Source: Hyphococcus sp.
Lineage (GTDB): Bacteria > Pseudomonadota > Alphaproteobacteria > Caulobacterales > Parvularculaceae
Direction: 5' to 3'
NCBI GenBank assembly: GCA_965267325.1
Contig: OZ253943.1
Location: forward strand, 2,322,627-2,386,626
Length of the DNA: 64,000 nt
This document shows positions 35,768 through 46,101 of this stretch, piece after piece. The position numbers were made by a program, and so were the translations under genes. Position 1 is the first letter of the stretch. Each line of letters begins with the position of its first letter. Below the pieces are notes generated by a model. That model ran no database searches and was not told the origin of the DNA. It saw only the letters and a program-made list of their open reading frames with translations.

Positions 35768-36733
35768 TCAGGACAGAAGTCCCTGATTGCCGAGAACGTA
35801 GATGAAGGCAAAAAGGAACAACCAGACAACGTCGACAAAGTGCCAGTACCAGGCTGCCGCCTCGAAGCCGAAATGCCGCTCGGGCGTGAAGTGTCCGGCA
35901 AGACCGCGGAAGAGACAGACCGTCAGGAAGATAGTGCCGATGATGACGTGCAAGCCATGGAAACCGGTCGCCATGAAGAAAGACGCGCCGTAAATGCCGC
36001 CGCCTGAAAACTTGAACATGTCGAACGCCAGCGCTTCATAATACTCAACCGCCTGAAGCCCGGTGAAGAGCGCGCCAAGCACGATCGTCAGGATCAAACC
36101 CTGAATGAAGCCCTTTTGGTCGTTGTTAACGATGGCGTAGTGCGCCCAGGTAACGGTCGTTCCGGACAACAACAACACCAGCGTATTGATCAGCGGCAGC
36201 GCCCATGGATTGAGCGGCTCGACCCCAACCGGCGGCCAGACCGCGCCCGTCGCATGAACGCGGCCGTCATTGCCTGAAAACGCCGGTTCGCCGGCGGCGT
36301 TGAGCATTTGAGAGCCGTCGGCCAGCAGCACCGGATCGCCCGCGCCGGGAAAAAGCGCCGCCCCGAAAAACGCCCAGAACCAGGCGGCGAAAAACATCAC
36401 TTCAGAAGCAATGAACAACACCATGCCGTAGCGCAGCCCCAGGCGCACGACTGTCGACGTATTCTCCCCGGTGAGGCTTTCCTTGATGACGTCGCGCCAC
36501 CAGCCGACGAATGTCACCAGAATGCCGGCAAAGCCGAGGAAGAAAAGCCAGTTGCCTTTGATCGCAAGAAGCGGCGAGCCCGCAGGGCCGAACACGAGAC
36601 CAGCTTCATTGGGGCCGGATTTCATCCACATCACAGCGCCGATCATCATCGCCGTGGCGGCGATAGATCCCACCAACGGCCAGGCTGATGGATTGACCAG
36701 GTGGTATTCGTGTTTGACGTCAGCGCCGGCCAT
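35768..36733 (-). CDS. ctaE: Cytochrome c oxidase subunit III
   Basis: HEYHLV-x-PS-x-WP, FIASEVMFF, TGFHGLHVIIG and AAWYWHFVDVVWLFL motifs. Confidence 0.97.
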   Translation of the reverse strand: MAGADVKHEYHLVNPSAWPLVGSIAATAMMIGAVMWMKSGPNEAGLVFGPAGSPLLAIKGNWLFFLGFAGILVTFVGWWRDVIKESLTGENTSTVVRLGLRYGMVLFIASEVMFFAAWFWAFFGAALFPGAGDPVLLADGSQMLNAAGEPAFSGNDGRVHATGAVWPPVGVEPLNPWALPLINTLVLLLSGTTVTWAHYAIVNNDQKGFIQGLILTIVLGALFTGLQAVEYYEALAFDMFKFSGGGIYGASFFMATGFHGLHVIIGTIFLTVCLFRGLAGHFTPERHFGFEAAAWYWHFVDVVWLFLFAFIYVLGNQGLLS

Positions 36734-36905
36734 GGGCGTGCCCCTCTTCGATGAAAGCTCGATTTTCGCCGAATTCTATACTGCGCCCGCCGGCAAAAAT
36801 CCAAGCGCGCGAGCCATTCGCCGCCGCGCCATAGGGCCGCAGGAGACGGGCGGCGCCAGCGCTACGACTTGTCGGGAAACCGGCTCCGACGCCCAAAAAA
36901 CAGCC

Positions 36906-37472
36906 CTAGAGCCCGCCGCCGACGCCGTCGCTTTCAGGAGCGGGATCATCGTCCCAGGCAAAAAACGTATAAGCCAGCGTAATCGTTTCGACCTCCGCCA
37001 AATTGGGATCATCAGCGAGCGCCGGATCGACGAAATAGGTGACCGGCATGGAAACCTTTTCCCCCGGCTGCAGCGTCTGTTCGGTGAAACAGAAACACTC
37101 GATTTTGCTGAAATAGATCCCGGCCTTGGCGGGGGAGACGTTGAACGTCGCGCGCCCCGTCACCGGCCGATCCTCAAGGTTTTCCGCTTCGTAAAAGGCA
37201 AGGCCCGTCTCGCCAATATGAAGGGTCTGGGAAATCTGTTCAGGCTTGAACCGCCAGTTGAGGTCCTTCGCCACGGTGCTGTCGAAACGGATAGTGATTT
37301 CCCGGGCTAGGGTGCGATCCGCGCCCGTCTCGGCGCGCTGGGTGAAGCCGCCCCAACCGGTAACCTGGCAGAACGCGCGGTAGGCGGGAACTGATGCAAA
37401 TGAAAGGGCAATCATGCCGCCGACGACGCCGGCGACGATCATTGCGGTTTTTTTGTTTGCGCGATCGTTCAT
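36906..37472 (-). CDS. ctaG: Cytochrome c oxidase assembly protein Cox11/CtaG
   Basis: YRAFCQVTGWGG and KIECFCFTEQ-x-L copper motif. Confidence 0.96.
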   Translation of the reverse strand: MNDRANKKTAMIVAGVVGGMIALSFASVPAYRAFCQVTGWGGFTQRAETGADRTLAREITIRFDSTVAKDLNWRFKPEQISQTLHIGETGLAFYEAENLEDRPVTGRATFNVSPAKAGIYFSKIECFCFTEQTLQPGEKVSMPVTYFVDPALADDPNLAEVETITLAYTFFAWDDDPAPESDGVGGGL

Positions 37473-37480
37473 GGCCAACC

Positions 37481-37633
37481 TCAGAACGAACGCTCGGCGA
37501 CAGATCCGCCGAGGCGAAGAATTGTAACGGTGAAGACGAGGATAATGAATGCGGCAAGGCCGAGCGCAATGGCTAGATTGCGCCGGTCGCGCTGTTTGAT
37601 TTCGTCAGATTTTTCCGGGCGCTGATCAACCAT
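37481..37633 (-). CDS. 50-aa single-TM protein between ctaB and ctaG (not in the ORF track)
   Basis: Manual translation [50 protein letters not shown]; overlaps the ctaB stop; a small gene is usual at this position in alphaproteobacterial cox clusters. Confidence 0.8.
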   Translation of the reverse strand: MVDQRPEKSDEIKQRDRRNLAIALGLAAFIILVFTVTILRLGGSVAERSF

Positions 37634-38534
37634 GAAGACCTGTCCATCGCTCTATGGGTATCGCTGCGAAGAGCGCAAAAAGATAGAAAATGGAATAGCC
37701 GAACAAGCGTACGGCGGGACGGCGATCATCTTCGTCGGCGCGCAGGACTTTCCAGGCGGCGTATATGAAATAGGCGCCAAGCAAGACCGCTGTCGCGAGG
37801 TAGAGAACGCCGGTCGTTCCGATAACGAAGGGCGCCGCGCCAATGAGCGCGACCAGCACCGAATAGATGAATACCTGGCGCCGGGTTTCCTTGTGACCGC
37901 GAACGACCGGCATCATGGGCACGCCGGCGCGTTCATAATCACCCTGCTTGAAGAGGGCCAGCGCCCAGAAATGCGGCGGCGTCCACAGAAAAATAATGGC
38001 GAACAGCACCCAGGCGTCTAGCGGCGCGGCGCCGGAAACGGCGGCCCAGCCGACCACCGGGGGAAGCGCGCCTGCTGCGCCGCCGATGACAATATTCTGC
38101 GGCGTCGCGCGTTTTAGCCACATGGAATAAATGACGACGTAAAAGAAGATCGTGAATGCAAGAAGCGCTGCCGCGAGATAGTTGGAGGCGAGGGCCAGGA
38201 GCGCGACAGAGAGCGCTGACAGAAACCAGCCAAACGCCGCTGCTTCGGACCGGGGAACTAACCCTTGCGGGATTGGCCGTTTCTGCGTCCGGCTCATAAC
38301 CGCGTCGATATCGGCGTCCCACCACATATTGAGAGCGCCCGACGCGCCCGCTCCGACGGCGATGGCCAATAGGGAGATCGCCGCGAGCGCGGGATGCAAC
38401 GAACCGGGCGCGGCGACCATGCCCACGAAAGCGGTGAAGATTACAAGCGACATGACGCGCGGCTTCAGGAGACTGAAATAGTCTCCCGGGCTCGCCGCAG
38501 CGCTCGATCGCATGGTCATATCGGTTTCGCTCAT
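37626..38534 (-). CDS. ctaB: Heme o synthase (protoheme IX farnesyltransferase)
   Basis: [11 protein letters not shown]-x-DID-x-x-M-x-RT-x-x-RP, KR[10 protein letters not shown] and WTPPHFWAL motifs. Confidence 0.97.
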   Translation of the reverse strand: MSETDMTMRSSAAASPGDYFSLLKPRVMSLVIFTAFVGMVAAPGSLHPALAAISLLAIAVGAGASGALNMWWDADIDAVMSRTQKRPIPQGLVPRSEAAAFGWFLSALSVALLALASNYLAAALLAFTIFFYVVIYSMWLKRATPQNIVIGGAAGALPPVVGWAAVSGAAPLDAWVLFAIIFLWTPPHFWALALFKQGDYERAGVPMMPVVRGHKETRRQVFIYSVLVALIGAAPFVIGTTGVLYLATAVLLGAYFIYAAWKVLRADEDDRRPAVRLFGYSIFYLFALFAAIPIERWTGLHG

Positions 38535-38652
38535 GAGGCGGCTTATGCCTCACGGGGCGTCAAATGAGAATAGGCCCGGGGCGCGATTGCCGCGCGGCCC
38601 CGGGTCGCAACAGAAGGCGCCATTCCGCCCGCAAGCGCCGGCGGGCTCTAGC

Positions 38653-39024
38653 TTATCGGCGAGAGAAAACCGACCGCGCGCCGAAAATCACGAAAATCAG
38701 CACCATAAAGGCGAGAAAATAAGCAAGCAGCGTTGCGGCGGTCATGTTCATGAACACGCCCCAACTCGCCTGAAGCTGGCCGGCGAGCCGTCCGCCGGTA
38801 ACCGAAGCGCCTTCGGCGCCCGCGGCGAAGACCCCGCGCAGATATCCGCCCAAGGCAAACAGCCCGAGCGCCAGCAGCGTCATCGACCCAATCTGCGTGC
38901 CCCGGCGCATCATCAGCGCCGCTACGGCCACCGATCCAAACGCAATCAGCAAGGCAATCCAGTCGCCGCTCAAGAACGTCGACCGCAAAATGTGCAATAC
39001 GTCATTGAGAATAGTTTCAAGCAT
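38653..39024 (-). CDS. Unknown 3-TM membrane protein, paralog B
   Basis: RBS GGGGA before ATG 39024; aligns by eye with 39126-39485. Confidence 0.8.
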   Translation of the reverse strand: MLETILNDVLHILRSTFLSGDWIALLIAFGSVAVAALMMRRGTQIGSMTLLALGLFALGGYLRGVFAAGAEGASVTGGRLAGQLQASWGVFMNMTAATLLAYFLAFMVLIFVIFGARSVFSRR

Positions 39025-39125
39025 TCCCCATACCCCAGATCCGTTACTGTGTTGAAACGCAACGTGTCGCGAAAGCAATGGCGCCGGCGTTTTTAGAACG
39101 CCGGCGCTTCATCGCATGGTTTCCG

Positions 39126-39485
39126 TCAGCCCCGGAAGAAAAGCGATTTTCCGATAAACAAGATCGCGATGGTTACGGCGAATATCAAAAGATAAATGAG
39201 CATCGTCGCGCCCGACATAGCGCCGAGGGACGCCCAGCCGGCGTCTAATTGCGTAAGATAAGCGCCCGGACTTGTCGGCGCGTCGCTCGTCGCTCCGCCA
39301 TAAACAAGCCAAAGCAAGCCAAGCACCAGCATGGCCAGCACGCTTACGCAAATGATTTGCCCGACATTGCGCATGGCGAACACGCCGACCAGCGCGGCGA
39401 CGATCACCATCCCCAAAAACACATAATTGCCGCCAAGAAAGATGCCTTCCGCGACGGCGCGAATTTCTCCAATCATACCTTCCAT
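39126..39485 (-). CDS. Unknown 3-TM membrane protein, paralog A
   Basis: RBS GAAGGGGA; shares FL-x-G, MR-x-x-x-QI and QL-x-A-x-W...M-x-x-AT-x-L-x-Y with paralog B. Confidence 0.8.
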   Translation of the reverse strand: MEGMIGEIRAVAEGIFLGGNYVFLGMVIVAALVGVFAMRNVGQIICVSVLAMLVLGLLWLVYGGATSDAPTSPGAYLTQLDAGWASLGAMSGATMLIYLLIFAVTIAILFIGKSLFFRG

Positions 39486-39565
39486 AGTCGATCCCCTTCC
39501 CAGTGGTTAACGGAAACTTTGCGAAAGTTAACGATTTTTTGGGACGTGGCCATACTGCAGCGCAC

Positions 39566-39597
39566 AAAAAAAACCCGCCGAATTACCGGCGGGTTTT
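39566..39597 (-). terminator. Rho-independent terminator after ctaD
   Basis: Minus strand AAAACCCGCCGG-TAATT-CGGCGGGTTTTTTT. Confidence 0.85.
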
Positions 39598-39619
39598 GAT
39601 TTCTCAGAAAACTGGCGGT

Positions 39620-41278
39620 CTAGAACGCCTTGGCGTCCCCCCGATCGAACCGCGGCAGCTCATTGAACTGGTGGAATGGCGGCGGCGAAGGCAGCGTCCA
39701 TTCGAGCGTTGTCGCCCCTTCGCCCCAATAATTGGCCTCCGCCTTGCGGCGATAGATGAAGAAAGCGTCGATCATCGCAATCAGGAAGACGAGCATGCCC
39801 ACCAAGGTGATGGCGTAGCCGATGGACGACCAACCGTGCCAGTAGGCGAAAGCTTCCGGATAATCGACATACCGCCGCGGCATGCCCTGCAACCCGAGGA
39901 AATGCTGCGGGAAGAAAATCAGGTTCACGCCCACAAACATGATCCAGAAATGCAGCTGGCCGAGCCATTCCCGGTACATCTTCCCGGTCATTTTGCCGAA
40001 CCAGTAATACCAGCCTGCGAAAATCGCGAAGACCGCGCCGAGCGACAACACATAGTGGAAGTGCGCCACCACATAATAGGTGTCGTGCATGTAGTGGTCG
40101 ATACCGGCGTTGGCGAGCACGACGCCTGTGACGCCGCCCACCGTAAACAGGAAGATGAACCCGATCGCCCAAGCCATGGGCGTTTTGAATTCAATCGACC
40201 CGCCCCACATGGTCGCGATCCACGAAAAGATCTTGATGCCTGTGGGCACCGCAATGACCATGGTCGCAGCGACAAAGTAGGCTTTCATGTTCACGCTGAG
40301 GCCCACCGTGTACATATGGTGCGCCCAGACGATGAAACCGACGAACCCGATGGCCACCATCGCGTAAGCCATGCCGAGATAACCGAAGATCGGTTTTTTC
40401 GAGAAGGTCGAAACGATGTGGCTGATTATGCCGAAGCCAGGAAGGATCAGGATGTAGACTTCCGGATGGCCGAAGAACCAGAACAGATGCTGGAACAGCA
40501 ATGGATCGCCGCCGCCGGCGGCGTCAAAGAACGCGGTGCCGAAATTACGATCGGTCAACAGCATGGTGATGGCGCCGGCGAGAACCGGAAGCGACAACAC
40601 CAAAAGAAACGCCGTCACCAAAACCGACCAGGCAAACAGCGGCATCTTGTGCAGGGTCATGCCCGGCGCGCGCATATTGAAGATTGTTGTGATGAAATTG
40701 ATGGCGCCGAGAATGGACGAGGCGCCCGCAAGGTGGAGCGACAAGATCAAGAGATCCATCGCCGGCCCCGGACTGCCCGTATTCGATGACAAGGGCGGGT
40801 ACAGGACCCAGCCGCCGCCAAAACCGATATTCTGGCCATAGCCCGGCGCAAACAGCGACAGCGTGATCAGAATGCCGCTGGCGCCGTAGAGCCAGAACGA
40901 AATGTTGTTCATCCGCGGAAACGCCATATCCGGCGCGCCGATCATGATCGGCACAAACCAGTTGCCGAACCCTCCGATCATCGCCGGCATCACCATGAAG
41001 AAAATCATGATGAGCCCGTGATAGGTGGTCAGGACGTTGTAGAAATTCGCCGCCGCGTCGAGGTCGCCGCCGCTCCATTGCGTCAGGATGGTTACGCCTG
41101 GCTCGGCGAGCTCCCAGCGCATCAAACCAGACATGGCGCCGCCGATGATGCCGGCGAGAATGGCGAACAACAGATAGAGCGTGCCGATATCCTTGTGGTT
41201 CGTTGAAAAGAACCAGCGAACGAAGAATGACGGTTTGTGGTCGGCATGATCGCCGTGGGCGGCGTGTGCGTCTGCCAT
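39620..41278 (-). CDS. ctaD: Cytochrome c oxidase subunit I (aa3, A1 type)
   Basis: [29 protein letters not shown] and VVAHFHYV heme/Cu ligand motifs. Confidence 0.98.
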   Translation of the reverse strand: MADAHAAHGDHADHKPSFFVRWFFSTNHKDIGTLYLLFAILAGIIGGAMSGLMRWELAEPGVTILTQWSGGDLDAAANFYNVLTTYHGLIMIFFMVMPAMIGGFGNWFVPIMIGAPDMAFPRMNNISFWLYGASGILITLSLFAPGYGQNIGFGGGWVLYPPLSSNTGSPGPAMDLLILSLHLAGASSILGAINFITTIFNMRAPGMTLHKMPLFAWSVLVTAFLLVLSLPVLAGAITMLLTDRNFGTAFFDAAGGGDPLLFQHLFWFFGHPEVYILILPGFGIISHIVSTFSKKPIFGYLGMAYAMVAIGFVGFIVWAHHMYTVGLSVNMKAYFVAATMVIAVPTGIKIFSWIATMWGGSIEFKTPMAWAIGFIFLFTVGGVTGVVLANAGIDHYMHDTYYVVAHFHYVLSLGAVFAIFAGWYYWFGKMTGKMYREWLGQLHFWIMFVGVNLIFFPQHFLGLQGMPRRYVDYPEAFAYWHGWSSIGYAITLVGMLVFLIAMIDAFFIYRRKAEANYWGEGATTLEWTLPSPPPFHQFNELPRFDRGDAKAF

Positions 41279-41290
41279 GCGGATTGCCCC

Positions 41291-42415
41291 TTACTTCGCT
41301 GCTGCGCCGGCGTCGGCCAGCTTTGTTGTTTGTTGCTCGAACATCGGCTCCAGCCCGGCGAGCGCGCGCCGGCCGTCGACCCATGCTTCGAATTCCGGCC
41401 GTGAGACGACCTCGACGGCAATCGGCATATAGGCGTGTTTGATGCCGCAAATCTCTGAGCACTGACCATAAAAGACGCCCTCGCGATCAGCCGCAAACCA
41501 CGTCTCGTTAAGACGGCCAGGAACCGCGTCGATCTTGATGGCGAAGGCCGGAATCGTCCAGGAATGGATGACGTCATTGGCCGTCGTGATAATGCGAATG
41601 GTTTCGCCCGCGGGCACGACAACGCGATTGTCTACTTCAAGCAGGTATTTGTCCGACGTCGTCTGATCTTCCGGCAACAGGTTCGAGAAGAAATCGAAAT
41701 CGCCGAAATCGGGATAGGAATACTGCCAGTTCCATTGATAGCCCACGGCCTTGATCGTCATGGTCGGCGCAAGAGCGATTTGCGCGCGTTCTCCGCGCCC
41801 GACCACGGAGCGACCGCCGCGGACGACAATGCTGTCGCCGGCGGCCGGCGGATTTTCGAACTGAACGACCACTTCCGGATCGCCAAGCCCTTCCAGCCGA
41901 TAATCATCGCGATGGCTAAGTTTGCGGCGACCGCTGGCGTCTTCGAGATAAACCTCAACATGCTTCGGCCGAATGACCGTACGACCGTCGGCGAAATTAT
42001 TCGGAAATACGAAATCCACCGTTTGGCCGTCGCCTCGATACGTCGCCTGCTTGCCGTCGGGGGTTACGTCTTCTTTGTAGAGAAGATCAAAAGACGGCAA
42101 CGCAATCGCCAGCAGGATCAGGATCGGAACACCCGTCCAGACGACTTCAACCAGCGTGTTGTGGCTGAATTTTCGCGGATTTGGATTCGCTTTCGAATTA
42201 TAGCGGGCAATCACCCACAAGAGCAGCAACAGAACAAAAATACAGATCACCGTGATGATCGGCATCAAGATCCAGTTGTGGAAAAAATGAACTTCCTCCG
42301 CCAGGGCGGAATTGGCTGGCAGCATGGCGATGCCGCCTTGCGTGCGTTCGGCGAGCGCGACGCTCCCGGCCGTCAAGGCGCTCAAGCTGGAGACCGCCGT
42401 CAGTATTCGTTTCAT
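41291..42415 (-). CDS. ctaC: Cytochrome c oxidase subunit II with a ~95-aa insertion
   Basis: HNTLVEVVWT, GYQWNW, DVIHSW and CuA motif CSEICGIKHAYM; ATG at 42415 gives 374 aa. Confidence 0.97.
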   Translation of the reverse strand: MKRILTAVSSLSALTAGSVALAERTQGGIAMLPANSALAEEVHFFHNWILMPIITVICIFVLLLLLWVIARYNSKANPNPRKFSHNTLVEVVWTGVPILILLAIALPSFDLLYKEDVTPDGKQATYRGDGQTVDFVFPNNFADGRTVIRPKHVEVYLEDASGRRKLSHRDDYRLEGLGDPEVVVQFENPPAAGDSIVVRGGRSVVGRGERAQIALAPTMTIKAVGYQWNWQYSYPDFGDFDFFSNLLPEDQTTSDKYLLEVDNRVVVPAGETIRIITTANDVIHSWTIPAFAIKIDAVPGRLNETWFAADREGVFYGQCSEICGIKHAYMPIAVEVVSRPEFEAWVDGRRALAGLEPMFEQQTTKLADAGAAAK

Positions 42416-42612
42416 TCTGGTACCCCGTGGGCTTTCGACAAAGACGCCGACCGGCGGCGGGCGGAACGCCTCGCGCCGGGAATTTGCCCGCTTATAGGCC
42501 GGTCGCCGCGGTGTCGCCATCGGCAAATCCATGAAAAATGGTCGCAGCGCTAGGCCCGCCGCTGAGCTCGCGGCCATTGCAGCGGCAGGGCGCGACGATT
42601 AAGTCTTCGCCC

Positions 42613-44031
42613 ATGACCGATTCCTATTTTTTCAGCCGCACCGACCTTGACCGCGCCCGCACCGGGCGTCTCGTTGACGATGCGCTCAAGGGCGCTGACG
42701 ATGGCGAGTTGTTTCTCGAATATGCGCAGTCGGAGACGTTTGTCTTTGACGATAACCGGCTGAAGACGGCGAGCTTCAACGTGGATCAGGGCTTTGGCTT
42801 GCGCGCGGTCATCGGGGAATCGACCGGCTACGCCCACGCCTCGGAATTATCAGAGGCCGCGCTAAAGCGGGCCGGCGATGCAGTGCAGGCGGTCAAGACC
42901 GGTCAGAGCGGGTCATTTGCCGACGGGCCGACCCGCACCAATGCCCGCCTCTATCCAGATGAAAATCCGCTCGACGACATGCCGTTTGAGGCAAAAACGA
43001 AACTTCTTGAGGACATCAACGAATACGCCCGCGACCGGGACTCCCGCGTGCGCCAGGTCTCCTGTTCGCTCACCGGCGCGTGGTCGGCCGTAGAGATCAT
43101 GCGGCCCGGCGGCGAAATTATCCGGGATTTCCGTCCGCTGGTCAGATTGAACGTCTCCGTGACCGCCGGCGAGGGCGACCGGCAGGAAACCGGCAGCTTC
43201 GGCGCCGGCGGGCGCGCCGGCTACGCCGCCTATGTCTCGCCAGAGGCATGGCGAGGCCAGGTCGACGAGGCGCTGCGCCAGGCACTGGTCAATTTAGAGG
43301 CTGAAGCCGCGCCAGCGGGTGAGATGGAAGTTGTGCTGGGCCCAGGATGGACAGGCGTTCTTCTGCACGAAGCAGTCGGCCACGGCCTTGAGGGCGATTT
43401 CAACCGCAAAGAAACCTCCGCCTTCGCCGGACGTCTTGGCGAACGAGTGGCCGCACCGGGCGTCACGGTGATCGACGACGGGACCATCGACGGTCGCCGC
43501 GGCTCGCTCACCGTGGACGATGAAGGAACGCCGACGTCGCGAACGGTGTTGATCGAGGACGGAATTCTCAAAGGATACTTGCAGGACCGCCTTAATGCTC
43601 GGCTGATGGGCATGAAAGCCACCGGCAACGGCCGCCGCGAAAGCTTCGCCCACAACCCCATGCCGCGCATGACCAACACTTTCATGCTCGGCGGCGATCA
43701 TGACCCGGAAGAAATTCTGAAATCGGTCAAGGACGGCATCTACGCCGTCAACTTTTCCGGCGGACAAGTCGACATCACCAGCGGTAAGTTCGTTTTCAAC
43801 TGCACTGAAGCCTATCGCGTCAAAAACGGCAAAGTCGGCGCGCCAATAAAAAATGCGGCGCTGATCGGCGACGGCCCTTCTGTCCTTACCCAGGTCTCCA
43901 TGATCGGCAATGATTTCGCCCTCGACCCGGGCGTTGGCGTCTGCGGCAAAGCGGGACAAGGCGTTCCCGTCGGCGTCGGCCAGCCAACGATCAAGATCGA
44001 CCGCCTGACCGTCGGCGGTGCAGCAGGGTAG
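42613..44031 (+). CDS. tldD: Metalloprotease TldD
   Basis: GFGLRAV-x-GE, GVLLHEAVGHGLEGDFNRK, PRMTNT and CGK-x-GQ-x-VPVGVGQPT motifs. Confidence 0.96.
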   Translation: MTDSYFFSRTDLDRARTGRLVDDALKGADDGELFLEYAQSETFVFDDNRLKTASFNVDQGFGLRAVIGESTGYAHASELSEAALKRAGDAVQAVKTGQSGSFADGPTRTNARLYPDENPLDDMPFEAKTKLLEDINEYARDRDSRVRQVSCSLTGAWSAVEIMRPGGEIIRDFRPLVRLNVSVTAGEGDRQETGSFGAGGRAGYAAYVSPEAWRGQVDEALRQALVNLEAEAAPAGEMEVVLGPGWTGVLLHEAVGHGLEGDFNRKETSAFAGRLGERVAAPGVTVIDDGTIDGRRGSLTVDDEGTPTSRTVLIEDGILKGYLQDRLNARLMGMKATGNGRRESFAHNPMPRMTNTFMLGGDHDPEEILKSVKDGIYAVNFSGGQVDITSGKFVFNCTEAYRVKNGKVGAPIKNAALIGDGPSVLTQVSMIGNDFALDPGVGVCGKAGQGVPVGVGQPTIKIDRLTVGGAAG

Positions 44032-44032
44032 G

Positions 44033-45133
44033 TCACGCCCCGGCGTTCCAGACCAGCGACGACGTTATCGCCATCACGACACTGAGCAGAACAAGCAAGT
44101 AAATCATGCCGGATGCGAACGCCGTCCAGACGGTTTTTCGCCAGCCGCGTTTGTAAGCGCGCTTTATAGCAACCAGATAATAAACTGCGATCGCAATACT
44201 CGAGATCAGCCCCATCAACGGCGCACCAAGCTGCGCGAAGATAAGACCGGCGCCGACAATCGCAAAACCGACTGCGTGCATATAGAGCGCAAGCACCATA
44301 TGGTCGAATATGAACGCTTCGCGCCGCAAGAATAGAGCAAGCACAAGCGCCAAAACCGGCGTCATCAAAAACATGACCCGCGGCAGCCAATCGTTGACGC
44401 CGTCATTGAATGCCCTGGGGTTTCGCACCGCCCAGGCAACGCCCTCAAGCATGCGCTCGACGACTGCGCTCGAAACCGCATCGCTTGTTTCAGCGTCTGA
44501 CTGATCGTCCGCAGCTGGTGATCCCGTGCCAGACGCTTCTTCAGCAGCGTCCTGGCGCGCTTCTTCAATACATTGATCTATCCGCGTCTGATCGGAATTG
44601 AGATCGCCTTCTTTTACGAAAAACCGCAACGTGCCGTGAAAACTACACTCTGAATCTCTTGCCTCGCTAAGATCGACGCCGCGCTCCGCCGCCGAGGCAA
44701 TGACCTCTTCCAGTTTCACCGGATCTGTTTGTCGGAAACTAACTTCAAGCGCGACGAACAGTGTGTTCGTCAGACCAATGGTCAGAAAAAACAAAAAGCT
44801 GACGACAAGAAACAAACGCACCGGCGGCGTGTAGCGAGAGCGCCTTCCATGCGAGTAATTCGTCGGCACAATACCGGGCGCAGCGGCAAGCACGCCGAGC
44901 GTGCGCCACATGCGGCTGTCGAATGAAAACGTGTCTTCAACAAAATCGCGGGCAAGCAAAACAAGACTGCGGCGCAAATCATCGTGCTTTTGACCGCAAG
45001 CGACGCAAAAAACACCGACGACGTCAGCGCCGCAAGAAAGACATGTTATTGAAGCGAATGGCGGCTCCAGCGCAACATCGTCGCCCGCCGGAAGCCCGCT
45101 CTCCTCGCCATCCAGATCTTCTGTTTCGCTCAT
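44033..45133 (-). CDS. DUF3667 membrane protein
   Basis: C-x-x-C...FC-x-x-CGQK zinc ribbon; DSR-x-WRTL; RY-x-PP-x-RLFL. Confidence 0.88.
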   Translation of the reverse strand: MSETEDLDGEESGLPAGDDVALEPPFASITCLSCGADVVGVFCVACGQKHDDLRRSLVLLARDFVEDTFSFDSRMWRTLGVLAAAPGIVPTNYSHGRRSRYTPPVRLFLVVSFLFFLTIGLTNTLFVALEVSFRQTDPVKLEEVIASAAERGVDLSEARDSECSFHGTLRFFVKEGDLNSDQTRIDQCIEEARQDAAEEASGTGSPAADDQSDAETSDAVSSAVVERMLEGVAWAVRNPRAFNDGVNDWLPRVMFLMTPVLALVLALFLRREAFIFDHMVLALYMHAVGFAIVGAGLIFAQLGAPLMGLISSIAIAVYYLVAIKRAYKRGWRKTVWTAFASGMIYLLVLLSVVMAITSSLVWNAGA

Positions 45134-45222
45134 CGCACCCTGCCCAAACGCAGCTTAGCAGGCGTGCTCGGATATGAAAAACGCCGTGGAAAGAAGACAA
45201 ATCCATGTTAGGCGAATGAGCG

Positions 45223-46101
45223 ATGCCCCATTTTGTAACCCGCTTTGCACCCTCGCCCACGGGCTATCTGCATCTCGGCCACGCGTTCTCGGCGCTCACC
45301 GCGTTCAACGCTGCAACTGAGGCGGACGGGCGCCTTCTCTTGCGCATTGAGGACATTGACCGAACGCGATGCAAACCGGAGTTCGAGAAGGCCATTTTCG
45401 AAGATCTCGCCTGGCTCGGGCTTGAATGGGAAACGCCGGCGCGCCGCCAGTCCGACCATTTCGACGACTACCAGCGCGCCCTTGAACGCTTGCGGGAAAA
45501 AGACATCGTCTACAGATGTTTTAAAACCCGAAAAGAAATCGCCGACGAAATCGCACGGGCCCCGCATCTAAAACCAGACGGCCCGGAGGGCCCGCAATAT
45601 GTGGGCGAGCCGCTGCAACCGGGCAAAGAAGAAAGGCTGCTCGAAGACGGCGCGGCTTTCGCCTGGCGACTGTCGATGGCGCGGGCGCGCGACGCGCTCG
45701 GCGGCGACTTCGGGGCGCTTTCATTCATCGAAGAAGGGCGCGGGCCGAGAGGCGAGCGAGGCGCCATAAAAGCGACGCCCGAAATCTTCGGCGATCCCGT
45801 GATCGCGCGAAAGGACTTTGGCACAAGCTATCATCTCGCCGCCGTTCTGGACGATGCAGTGCAGAGCGTCACGCATGTCATTCGCGGCGATGATCTTTTT
45901 CCGACGAGCCATTTGCACCGATTGCTGCAAGCGCTCCTCGGTCTGCCTCCGCCGCGCTATCGCCACCACCGTCTAATTACTGATGAAAACGGCAAACGTT
46001 TCGCCAAGCGCGATCAATCCGTCACTTTGCGCGTCTTGCGCGAGAATGGCGCGACGCCCGCAAGCATTCGCGCCTCTCTGGGTCTTTCATCAAGCGTTTA
46101 G
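45223..46101 (+). CDS. gluQ: tRNA glutamyl-Q(34) synthetase
   Basis: TRFAPSPTGYLHLGH, LRIEDID, VIRGDDL and KRFAKR motifs; short, with no anticodon-binding domain. Confidence 0.92.
   Translation: MPHFVTRFAPSPTGYLHLGHAFSALTAFNAATEADGRLLLRIEDIDRTRCKPEFEKAIFEDLAWLGLEWETPARRQSDHFDDYQRALERLREKDIVYRCFKTRKEIADEIARAPHLKPDGPEGPQYVGEPLQPGKEERLLEDGAAFAWRLSMARARDALGGDFGALSFIEEGRGPRGERGAIKATPEIFGDPVIARKDFGTSYHLAAVLDDAVQSVTHVIRGDDLFPTSHLHRLLQALLGLPPPRYRHHRLITDENGKRFAKRDQSVTLRVLRENGATPASIRASLGLSSSV

Noticed and set aside
39503-42553. Long plus-strand ORFs 39503-40789 and 41564-42553
   Set aside because: Antisense shadows of ctaD and ctaC
42416-42577. N-terminal extensions in the ORF track (ctaC, also sdhC, sdhA, SURF1, M16, M20, tldD)
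   Set aside because: Downstream starts with an RBS or signal peptide fit better; the M20 extension even crosses a terminator hairpin
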